DNA of 64,000 bases from Malassezia furfur (Eukaryota). The translations under genes were made by a program, and so were the position numbers. Shown here in pieces: positions 11,062 through 21,000 of this stretch; the first letter of the stretch is position 1, and the number at the start of each line of letters is the position of its first letter. The notes beneath the pieces are model-generated. The model was given only the letters and a program-made list of their open reading frames with translations. It was not told the origin of the DNA and did no database searches. The DNA lies in assembly GCA_052055015.1 (NCBI GenBank), contig JBQJIT010000002.1. The stretch is one strand, 5' to 3'.

Positions 11062-11690
11062 ATGGAGAACCCTCGCAAAGAAATCGCAGGCGTTGTGAAA
11101 GGTCTCTGCTCTGCCAAGAATGCGGACCAGCAGCGCGATACGCTGCAGCGCTACTTCGTGCCCGATGCGTCCTTTGACCACCCCATGTGTGCGGTGCTGT
11201 CGTACCCGAACGTAAGTCTGCACCTACTCACAGAGACAGTCGCGCGACACGGGTGTTCTCCCCATTTACCAATGGCTGCGTATCATGTTTATGGATACCT
11301 TGATTGAAGTGCACGATGTTGGTATGTCCACAACGTGCTAACATGCAGGTCTCGATACGGAGACGAACGTGCTCTTTCTCAACGTGACTCAAACGCTTCG
11401 CTGCAACCTCTCTTGGATCCGCCGCTTCTGGGCGCCCACGGTCGAGTACGTGCATAATGTGTTCTTACCCCACCAGTCTCGTTGTGAAGCTTGACCTCGT
11501 CAAGGGCAAGGACGACAAGTACTATATCAAACGGCAAGTCGACCTGTACGCGATCCAGGAAGTGTTCGCCATCCTTGTCCCCTATGCCCGACAGATCATT
11601 GGATTGATCAAGATCTTCTTCGGGTTTATGTGTCTACTCTATGCTGTGCTCTTCCAATCGTTGGGCTTTTGGAAGCCGAGCAAGCCGTAA
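11062..11690 (+). CDS. Small NTF2/SnoaL-like fold protein with C-terminal hydrophobic helix; three introns
   Basis: Spliced MENPRKEI...RYFVPDASFDHPMCAV...IYQWLRIM...KYYIKRQVDLY...; matches a conserved uncharacterised fungal NTF2-like family as recalled, not searched. Confidence 0.7.
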
Positions 11691-11999
11691 GGCCATCGTA
11701 CCTCGTTCCGACCCGATTCGCGGGGCGCATAAATTATTGGTCCACACGAGGCTATCGACCCTGGGACCAATGGAGTCAATAGATTCCAAACATCCCCATA
11801 CTGCCCTTTTAGGTCCGTATCGCACGTGCCGGTTTGTCCAAGACATTTTGGCCACCCCCATCCCGTGGGCGCACAGGGCATTGTGCGAGGCGACCTCTCA
11901 ACTGCCTGGTTTGCGGAGGCAGAAGCTTTTGCGTGAGGTGTCACTAAAGTTGGCAGTTTGAAGCACCTAGGTGCTTCTACCGCTGATCGTCTTGTGATC

Positions 12000-14216
12000 A
12001 TGTCCCATCCATCGGACGAGCTACGTCCGGCGCCTGCGCTCACTGAGGCACAGGACCTATACCTCCCATCGCAGCCCGAATCTCTCGCAAGTTCTTTTCA
12101 TTATGATCAATCCATGCAGCATTCTATGGAGGGCTCCCATATCATCGAGGAGCCTGCTGCACGCGCTGAAGGAGCGGACAAACTGGAACCGAGCCCAGAA
12201 TCGACCCCCGTCCAGGCCGAGCATCCAGCCATGGCGACACGGGCCAAAGGTTTTTCGAGCTTCTTCCACCGTTCTACGAACGATGTGCCTACGCCATCGT
12301 CGCAGGACGATGGGGCCAACGGTGCCCAGATGCCAAGACACCCCGCCGTGCGCAAGAAGAGCGAGCACTTTGGTCACCTGAACGACCTGCGCCGCTTCCT
12401 CCAAAATCATATTGGACATTCGACCTCGCGCGAAAAGACTTCTGGAAAAGGAGACAAGGCGAAGAACGAGGGCGGACATCGGGATAAGAAGTCGAACCGA
12501 AATGACTCGTCGAATCGCAGCATCCGGGGCACCGATTCCCCACCCTGGGGGATGAGCCAGGCCGGTATCAGCAAAAAGTATGGCAAGTGGGGCCGTACGT
12601 TGGGTACGGGTGCCGGGGGTACAGTCCGTATCATCCGGCGATCGAAAGATCATGCGCAGTTTGCCGTCAAAGAATTCCGTGAACGGCGCGCGGACGAGCC
12701 GGAGAAAGAGTACATCAAGAAAGTCACCGCCGAGTTCTGTATCGGCAGCACGCTGCACCATGTCAACATTATCAAAACGCTCGACATCATCAGCAACAGT
12801 GGACATTACTACGAGGTGATGGAGTACGCACCCAACGAACTGTTTGCGGTGGTCATGAGCGGAAAAATGGGATTCAACGAGATCAACTGTGTTTTCCGGC
12901 AAATTGTAGACGGTGTCGACTATCTGCACGGTCTAGGCCTAGCCCACCGCGATCTAAAGATTGACAATTGTGTTGTGACCGCGGACGGCATCGTGAAGAT
13001 CATCGACTTCGGCACAGCGACGGTATTCCAGTCACCAGGAAAGAGCAAGGTGCTTGCGAGCGGTATTGTGGGCTCTGATCCATACCTGGCGCCCGAGGTG
13101 CTCTCGTCGCAGACCTATGATGCGCGCTTGACCGATGTGTGGAGTTTGGCTATCGTTTACATGTGCATGATCATGCGGCGCTTCCCATGGAAGCTGCCCG
13201 ACACAGAGCTGGATCCCAACTTCCAGACGTTTGTCAATGCCCACCCCGAACTATGCCAAACGAGCGGTGTGCCGCTCGACGAGGCGCTCCAAACCGAAGC
13301 AGAGGTGGCGCAAGACGAGCACACATTTGATGCCTTGCTGAATCATGTGGAGAGCAGCGACAAATTCCAGTCGATGACGCACGACGACACGCCGCGTATT
13401 CCTACCGCGGCCGAGGCCGGATACCTGGTGGGCGGCACCGACTCGGCACCCCTCACACCCATTACCACCACGGAGCGGCGCACGGCTCGCGACGTACAGC
13501 CACCCGCGGAGGACAGCGGGCACGGCGCCGAGTTTGCTTACCGCAAACCCAACCCGGGACATGGCACACCGCAGCGTGCCATGACCTTCGAGGACCACGA
13601 CTCGGAGCAAGCGACACGCCCATCCTCTCCGGAGCGCCCTCCTGATACGCCAAACAACGAACCTGCTACGGGCGGCGTGCAGGGTACCCGGCCCGAGTCG
13701 CCGACGGAGGATCCGCAGCCGCGCGCGGCTGACAGTGTGTTCCGGCTGATCCCTATTGCGGCGCGCCCGGCGCTCTCGCGGATGCTCAAGCTCGATCCTG
13801 CGTTGCGCGCCACCCTGGGCGATCTTCTCCGGGGCCGAAGCTACGGGAGTGTCGACGGCCCCGTATCGGCGTCCGAGTATGCCAAACAGAAGGACCACGA
13901 CTTGGAGCGAAGCCCCCCGAGTCTGGCGCAGCAACCAACGGGCTATGTGGACTTATACGAGAATGACGAGGACCGCGGCGACGAGTGGCTCAAGTCGATC
14001 AACACCTGCTCACATTGGGTGGATGGTGTGCACAAGGCCCGGCCAACGCCGCAGGTCAAGCTGACGCGCGACGAGAATACGTTTGGTGACATGGGATTCA
14101 AGTCAATCTATGCTGTGGACGAGCGGTATGTGGAGCGCCCGCCATTGAACCACACGCACGTCACCGTGCATACCGACACCAAGCGGCGGCTGTTCCACCG
14201 CAAAGACAGTAGTTAG
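12000..14216 (+). CDS. SAT4: HAL-family Ser/Thr protein kinase (Sat4/Hal4-like)
   Basis: [34 protein letters not shown] (HAL family signature), [20 protein letters not shown]. Confidence 0.85.
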   Translation: MSHPSDELRPAPALTEAQDLYLPSQPESLASSFHYDQSMQHSMEGSHIIEEPAARAEGADKLEPSPESTPVQAEHPAMATRAKGFSSFFHRSTNDVPTPSSQDDGANGAQMPRHPAVRKKSEHFGHLNDLRRFLQNHIGHSTSREKTSGKGDKAKNEGGHRDKKSNRNDSSNRSIRGTDSPPWGMSQAGISKKYGKWGRTLGTGAGGTVRIIRRSKDHAQFAVKEFRERRADEPEKEYIKKVTAEFCIGSTLHHVNIIKTLDIISNSGHYYEVMEYAPNELFAVVMSGKMGFNEINCVFRQIVDGVDYLHGLGLAHRDLKIDNCVVTADGIVKIIDFGTATVFQSPGKSKVLASGIVGSDPYLAPEVLSSQTYDARLTDVWSLAIVYMCMIMRRFPWKLPDTELDPNFQTFVNAHPELCQTSGVPLDEALQTEAEVAQDEHTFDALLNHVESSDKFQSMTHDDTPRIPTAAEAGYLVGGTDSAPLTPITTTERRTARDVQPPAEDSGHGAEFAYRKPNPGHGTPQRAMTFEDHDSEQATRPSSPERPPDTPNNEPATGGVQGTRPESPTEDPQPRAADSVFRLIPIAARPALSRMLKLDPALRATLGDLLRGRSYGSVDGPVSASEYAKQKDHDLERSPPSLAQQPTGYVDLYENDEDRGDEWLKSINTCSHWVDGVHKARPTPQVKLTRDENTFGDMGFKSIYAVDERYVERPPLNHTHVTVHTDTKRRLFHRKDSS

Positions 14217-14594
14217 TCGAGCTGAGTAAATTTTATATCGCGCACGCGCTCGTCGGTCAGCAGTTGGCATGTGCCTGATGGATCGTGCACGCGGGGCGTG
14301 TTGGTCGCATCGGCCGAGGCAGGGGCGTCGTGCCTCGGTACGTGATTCGTGCTCGGGATTGGCCGAGATCGTGATTGGGCAGGGACCCGAGTGCGTAGGG
14401 GCCTTGCAAGCCAGTAGAGTTTACGCGAGGCTGTGCCATTCGGCTTTCGCTGCGCACGCGTCGACGCGGTTGGCGGGGTTGCGTCCCCTGGCTCTTCTCG
14501 CTGGCATTTTTTCATTAGCGGGCAGGCCCTAGCATCTACGTTTAATCACGCGTCTTAGATCGTAGAGCGCACCGGTTCTTGTTCTCCTGGAGCC

Positions 14595-17435
14595 ATGATG
14601 AGCCGCGCGAATCAGGGACCCTACCTGGACCAGCAACAGGGCGCGTACACGCACCCGTCGCAGGTCCAGCAACAGTACGTGCAGTACGCTGCACACGACG
14701 GCCAGGGCATGTCGCGCTACCAGGACCCCGGCCACTCTAACTACGGCTACGGAGGGTACCAGGGACAGGAGAGCATCCCGATGCATACCTACGCGTCCAA
14801 CCAGCAGCAGGGCAACCCGTATGCGGAATCGAGCTACGCGCTGACTCCTGCGGGCAACGGTGCCTACGCCAACGAGCGCACCACGATGCTTAATCAGAAC
14901 AAGTCTGCTGCCGACCTGAGCCAGCAACTGTCGATTCAAAGCTCGCGCACGAACCTGGCCGGTGGCCCGTCGAACCAGAAGAATGTCGCCGATGCGGGCA
15001 TTCCTGCGGCGAGGCGCTCGGGCAAGAAGCGCCGCTGGTGGCTGTGGCCGCTGCTGGCGATCATTGCCATTTGTATCATCTTGGCAGCCGTGCTGGGCGG
15101 TGTACTGGGAAGCCGCGCGTCGAATGACGACAACAAGACGTCATCGTCGAAAGGTGCGAGCGGCATTGGCGCCCGTTCGCCGCAGAACAACATTACCCCT
15201 GTCTTCCCTCAGGAGCTGATTGACTCGGCGAACAAGGCGGCAGAGAACGGCAAGACCGACAAGCTAGGCTATGCGGGCACCGACCTGTACGCCAACCCCG
15301 TGTTCAACAGCGATGCGAGCACCGCGGCGCCCTCGTCGGGCGGCACGGTGGGTTCGTGCCAGGCGGACCCGTGGAAGGCGTCGAACAACGTCAATAACCC
15401 CCGCCCGGGCCACCCCCGCCTGATTGCGCCGCAGTATCTTTGGGACTGCCTCGAAAGTAAGATCCAGAACGACGCGTACCTCACTGTGTGGAACTACACC
15501 ATCATGCAGAACGCCTCGGCGTATGCCGACCAGGACCCTGTCACGTACGAAATTGACGGTGGGCTGACGCTTTCGGGTATTCTCGACGTCTCGCGTACTG
15601 TGCAGCAGCGTGTCAAGGCGTGGGCGTACGCGTGGCGCATGACGCGCGACACCAAGTGGCGCGACCGCACCATGAAGGAGCTGCAGGTCGCCGCGGGCAA
15701 CACGTCGCAGCCGTTTGGCGACCCGGCGACCCGTTGGGACCCTCAGCACTTTTTGGACACGGCTGAGATGTCGGCGGCGTACGCGTTTGCGTACGACTGG
15801 ATGTACGATGCCTGGAGCGACGAGGAGCGCGCCAACATCATTGACTGGATCGTGACATACGGACTGAACCCTGGCATGCAGCTCTACCAGTCGAACTCGG
15901 CGTGGTGGTCTCAGCCCGCGAGCGGTAATGGCAACTGGAACTGTGTCTCGAACGGCGGCATGATCTTTGCGGCCCTCGCGATCCAGGGTGATGCGCAGGG
16001 CAATGCGTCGGCGGTCGTGAAGCAGGTGTTTGACACGGCGCTCCCCAACGTCAAGGCCAACTGCATGCGCGGTGTCTACGAAGACGGTACGTGGAGCGAG
16101 ACGCCCAACTACTGGTACTTTGGTACCAACGCTCAGGCGCGTCTCCTCTCGGCGCTCGAGACGGCCACCGGCTCCGACCAGGGATTGATGGACCAGAACA
16201 AGAACTGGTACAAGACGGGCGACTTCCACATGTACGTTACTGGCAACGCCGGCATGTTCGCGTACGGCGACAATGGTCCGAACAAGTTTGGCACGACCGC
16301 CAACCAGCTCTTCCTGTATGCGCAAAAGTCGGGCAACCCGCGCTACGCGCTTTTCCAGCGTGACCGCGCGGACGCGTCGTCGGACCCGCTGAGCATGTTC
16401 TGGTACGACCCCTCCACGAAGGGCGCGTTCTGGAACGGCCTCGCGCTGGACCAGTGGTTCAACAACGATCAGGGCAACTGGTTCTCGATGCGCAGCTCGT
16501 GGACGGACATGACGGGCAACTATGTCGCGATGAAGGCCTCCAACGCCACCGGGCACCAGACTCACGGCGACGTCGACGCGGGTGACTTTGTGATCGACGC
16601 GCTCGGCACGCGCTGGGCGGGTGAGTACGGCAGCGACAACTACCTCTCCAAGAACTACTTTACGAGCGAGGATGACAACGCGGACCGTTGGAAGTATTTC
16701 CGCAAGGGTACCCAGGGCCAAAACACGCTCGTGATTGGCGAACAGAACCAGGTATCGAACTGCAAGCCGGCGAACAAGTTTGAGTCGTCTGGCGCCAAGC
16801 AGGACGCCACGCTGGACTACACGCCCGGACAGAGTGATGTGGCCTACTTTGTGTCGGACCTGAGCAGCTGCTACTCGCAAGGCGAGAACCAAGTGAAGCG
16901 CGGCATCCGCTTCCTCAACGGTCGCCGCCAGATCCTGCTTCAGGACGAGATCAAGTCGCAGGCGAACGCGACGCAGTGGCGTGTGCAGACCAACGCCACC
17001 GTCACTCTGTCGGAGGACAAGAAGACGGCCACGATGAAGATCAAGCAGGTCAACGACCCCAACGCCGGCACGGTCGGCACCAAGCAGCTTCCGTCGGAGG
17101 TGACCATGGTTGCGACTATCGTCCAGGGCCCCGACTCGGCGACGTTTGCGGTGCACCCGGCGTACAACAAGAAGGAAAACCCGAACTACCTGTACGGCCG
17201 CAACCAGGTGCCGCAGCAGGACACGTTCCCCGCCGGCGTCATCCAGCAACAGGGTGCGACCATTCCAGCCGAGATCCCCGACCCGGAGGTGAGCGTGCTC
17301 TCCATCGACCTGCCCGCGAACCAGGATATCAACCTGCAGGTGTGGTGGCAGCCGCAGTACTCGGAGCTGAACGACGCCGACAAGGCCACGCCCAAGAGCG
17401 TGCAGCTGGACGACTGGTCTCTGACGAGCCACTAA
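14595..17435 (+). CDS. Type II membrane-anchored heparinase II/III-like polysaccharide lyase
   Basis: Cytoplasmic Q/Y-rich N-terminus, basic KKRR plus one TM helix (~15037-15111), then HPRL, HFLDTAE, NGNWNCV, SETPNYWYFG, GHQTHGDVDAGDFVIDALGTRWA, QNTL motifs typical of (alpha/alpha)-toroid plus Hepar_II_III beta-sandwich lyases. Confidence 0.8.
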   Translation: MMSRANQGPYLDQQQGAYTHPSQVQQQYVQYAAHDGQGMSRYQDPGHSNYGYGGYQGQESIPMHTYASNQQQGNPYAESSYALTPAGNGAYANERTTMLNQNKSAADLSQQLSIQSSRTNLAGGPSNQKNVADAGIPAARRSGKKRRWWLWPLLAIIAICIILAAVLGGVLGSRASNDDNKTSSSKGASGIGARSPQNNITPVFPQELIDSANKAAENGKTDKLGYAGTDLYANPVFNSDASTAAPSSGGTVGSCQADPWKASNNVNNPRPGHPRLIAPQYLWDCLESKIQNDAYLTVWNYTIMQNASAYADQDPVTYEIDGGLTLSGILDVSRTVQQRVKAWAYAWRMTRDTKWRDRTMKELQVAAGNTSQPFGDPATRWDPQHFLDTAEMSAAYAFAYDWMYDAWSDEERANIIDWIVTYGLNPGMQLYQSNSAWWSQPASGNGNWNCVSNGGMIFAALAIQGDAQGNASAVVKQVFDTALPNVKANCMRGVYEDGTWSETPNYWYFGTNAQARLLSALETATGSDQGLMDQNKNWYKTGDFHMYVTGNAGMFAYGDNGPNKFGTTANQLFLYAQKSGNPRYALFQRDRADASSDPLSMFWYDPSTKGAFWNGLALDQWFNNDQGNWFSMRSSWTDMTGNYVAMKASNATGHQTHGDVDAGDFVIDALGTRWAGEYGSDNYLSKNYFTSEDDNADRWKYFRKGTQGQNTLVIGEQNQVSNCKPANKFESSGAKQDATLDYTPGQSDVAYFVSDLSSCYSQGENQVKRGIRFLNGRRQILLQDEIKSQANATQWRVQTNATVTLSEDKKTATMKIKQVNDPNAGTVGTKQLPSEVTMVATIVQGPDSATFAVHPAYNKKENPNYLYGRNQVPQQDTFPAGVIQQQGATIPAEIPDPEVSVLSIDLPANQDINLQVWWQPQYSELNDADKATPKSVQLDDWSLTSH

Positions 17436-17691
17436 ACACAATATAAACTGCTATGCCCCGTGTCTGCTCTCCTTCTCTTCCAGCAAACCTCGTAAGCACG
17501 TGTAGTAGTATAGACACTGTCTCTTACGCCTTTGCGCGTGCGGTGCATTCATTGCACAGCGTCTGGACCCTGGTGCGTCGCCCACGCACCTGCATCGCGG
17601 GGTGCGTACAGGTGCACCATATTATCTAATATCACCCGGCGAGACACCGTGCAAGCCATATCACCTTGTTTGAAACGGCTGGATGCACTCG

Positions 17692-17704
17692 AAAAGGCTT
17701 GGCA
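17692..17704 (-). promoter_or_regulatory. Candidate Rim101/PacC site (TGCCAAG) in the promoter of the NRPS-like gene
   Basis: AAAAGGCTTGGCA; reverse complement contains TGCCAAG; identical 13-mer occurs at 23911-23923 upstream of RIM101. Confidence 0.4.
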
Positions 17705-18039
17705 GAATCCGATTTGCTTTCACAATATGAATTCGCTTGTACACAAGCGGTTTGGCACATCATGGGACCTCCCGAGATACAACTGAACGGTGCAGGTCCG
17801 AGTGAGCACAGTCCAATCAGATGGATCGGGGCGGTGTATTTATAGGGTGTCTCGGCCGAAGTTCAGATTGCGAAGTCCGTAGGGGGTCGCCCCCTTACAG
17901 CGAGCCGCACAGCAGATACGCATAGCCACGAGGGTTTAATCGAGCGCGTCTCGGAAACTTTCTTGAAAGCGACCGGTTACGTTGCCCCTTTCACCAAGAC
18001 GTCCAAGTAGATTGCCGTGCGTCCCAGTCCTCTTGGAGA

Positions 18040-21000
18040 ATGGACTCGCCGCTCTCCTACGTGCTGGACCTCCCACCAGCGCCCCCGAATGGGTCGCTGG
18101 GTGACTATCTTGCCTCGCACGTCACCGAAAATGGTCGCTTCAATACACTGATTGACTGTTTGCCCTCGACAAACAAGCGGGCGCTCATCTCGCCGGACCT
18201 TGCGCGCCCGCCGCTGACGCACCGTATGCTCAAGCAGTTTGTCCAGTCGTTCGTGCTTCCCACCACGGGACGCTCCAAGCCCCTCCGCCCGAACGACCGC
18301 ATCATGATGGCGCTCCCCACCGGCCCAGAGAATGCCCTGGCGCTGCTGTGTGTTGCGTCCTACTATAACTGTGCGCCCGTCAACGCAAGCTGCACGGCCG
18401 AAGAGCTGCGCGATGATGCCCTGCGGCTCGGTGCTCGTGCCGTGATTTCCACGCGGGACGCCGTTGAGCGCCTGGATCTCGAGCAGCTCTACTACCAGCA
18501 CGGTCTCGAGATCTACTTTGTGGATGGCCGTCCGTCGGGCCCCGCGGGTCTGTTTGATATCTCGACGCTGGCCCAGGAGGTGCCGGGCAGCCGCTCGCAG
18601 TCGAACATGGTGCTCAACCAGCTCAACAACCAGTGTCTGGTGCTGCACACGTCGGGTACCTCGGGTACCAAGAAGGTGGTACCTTACACGCTCCGCCACC
18701 TGATTGTCGGTGCCGTCTGCGTTATTCAGAGCTGGAACTTGCACTCCGAACAGGTTGATATGAACATGATGCCTCTTTTCCATGTCGGTGGTATTGTGCG
18801 TAACCTGTGGGCGCCCGTGCTCTCGGGTGGCAGTACCATTCTTTGCAGCGGTTTCGACCCGAATGCGTGGTGGACGCTGGCGATGCAGCTTGGTGCGACG
18901 TGGTACTATGCCGCGCCGACGATGCACCACGCCATTCTGGCATCCAAGCCGGCGGACGTGATCCCCTCGAAGCAGCTCAAGATCTCCATGATCGCGAACG
19001 CTGCTGGTGGTCTACTGCCTTCGCTCGCCGTGGAGCTGCGCGAGACGTTCCAGTGTGTGGTGCTGCCCTCGTACGGTATGACGGAGTGCATGCCCATTGC
19101 GTCGCCACCCGTCGACTACCAGCTCGACCGTCCGGGCTGCTCGGGTGTCGCCTGTGGTCCCTACCTGAGCATCCGCGACCCGCTCAATATTGAACAGGAG
19201 CTTCCTGTTGGCAAGACGGGCAATGTCTGCGTTGCGGGCCTGCCGACGTTTGATGGTTACGAAGTCACGGTCGATGGTGTGAAGAAGATGGACACGTCGG
19301 TGTTTAGCTCTGAGGGCTGGTTTGATACGGGTGACTGTGGTCATATGGACAAGGACGGCTATTTGTACATTACCGGTCGTTCGAAGGAGATTATCAACAA
19401 GGGTGGTGAGGTCGTCTCGCCGTTTGAGGTCGAGGAGGCCATCATGCAGGCGTGCAAGGATCGCGTCAAACAGACGCTGGCGTTCTCGGTGGACCACAAG
19501 GTGCTCCAGGAAACGATTGGTGTGGTGATTGTCTCGCAGCCGAACCAGCCGCGCATTGGTCTGGCCGAGCTGCAAAACTCGCTGCGCAACCACTTGCACC
19601 CGTCCAAATGGCCCTTTGTCATTGTGTACATGGATGACCTGCCGAAGAACCAGGCGGGCAAGCCCCTGCGTATTAAGCTCGGTTCTCGTCTTGGCATCGG
19701 CCCTCTTTCGGACGATGTCCCCGCGCTCGACCGTCACTTTGAGGCGAAGACGCCCAGCAAGGATACGCCCCTCTCGCGCCCGATTCCCTGCTCACGCATC
19801 ACGGTCGACGTGCGTGCCGTGCAGCGTGCCTGCTACCGCATTCCCGGTGTGCTGGACGCCGCGGTGGTACAGCAGCGCGACCGTGCCCCGATGGCGTTTA
19901 TCCAGGTGCAGGAGGACTCCGGGTTTGATGCTGCGGACATTGACCGCGCGCTCGGCCAGATCCTGCATGGCTACGTGGTGCCGAACCCGCTGCACGTCTT
20001 CCGCCAGCCGCTGATCAAGACCAACGGGCAGTATGACTTTGAGGCCATGGAGAGCATTGTGCGCGAGCAGAATGCCGCGTCCATGTCGCAGACCTCGATT
20101 CTGGTGCGCGACATTATTGCCAAGCTGCTCGACCTCGACTCGGGTTCGATCACGGACGAATCCGACTTCTTCCTGCTCGGTGGCAACAGTCTGCTGCTCG
20201 GCCGTCTGATCTTCTTGATCCGTAAGGAGACGGACGTGAACCTGGAAGTCTCTTCGCTCTTTACCAACTCGACCGTGTCCCGCATGGCTGCGCTCATTGA
20301 CAAGCAGCGAGGGGAGCCCGGCGTTGACGACGACGAGGACCAAATGTACCAGATTGACGAAAAGGGCACGGGCCTCATGTCCTCGGTCAACCTCGCACAC
20401 AACTATGCTGTGGACGATGACCCCGCCTTTTCCTCGCACGGCCAAAAGCCGCGCAGCCAGACGCATCCGTTTGTGCTGTTCGTGCAGGCAATTCCCTTTT
20501 TCTTCTTCTACCCGCTCAAGGCGGCGTGGACCTGGACGATCATTCTGCGCGGCCTGGCCTTCTTTGCGTACTACATTGAAGACTCGCCCTGGCAGCGTCT
20601 CGGTGCGCTGCTCTCGTCGATTGTGATTGCGCGATTGAGCAGCCGTATCATTTGTCCCACGGCCGCGATTGCGTTCAAGTGGGTGGTGATTGGCCGCTAC
20701 CGGCCGGGCCGCTACCCCATGTGGAGCAATTACCACCTGCGCTGGTGGATCGTGAACCAGTCGCTCCGTGTCGGAGGGCGTGGTGTGTTTGCCATCACGC
20801 CCTGGCTGGAGAAGATGTACTACCGTCTGCTCGGCATGTCGATCGGCAAGGACGTCAAGATTGACTCGAACGCCAAGATTTACGAATGCGACCTGATCAC
20901 GATCCACGACCGCGCGTCGATCGACGCGTGCCGCATCCGTGGGTTCTGTGTGGAGCGTGACGGCTACTTCCGCTTGGAGCCGATCGTGATTGGACGCGAC

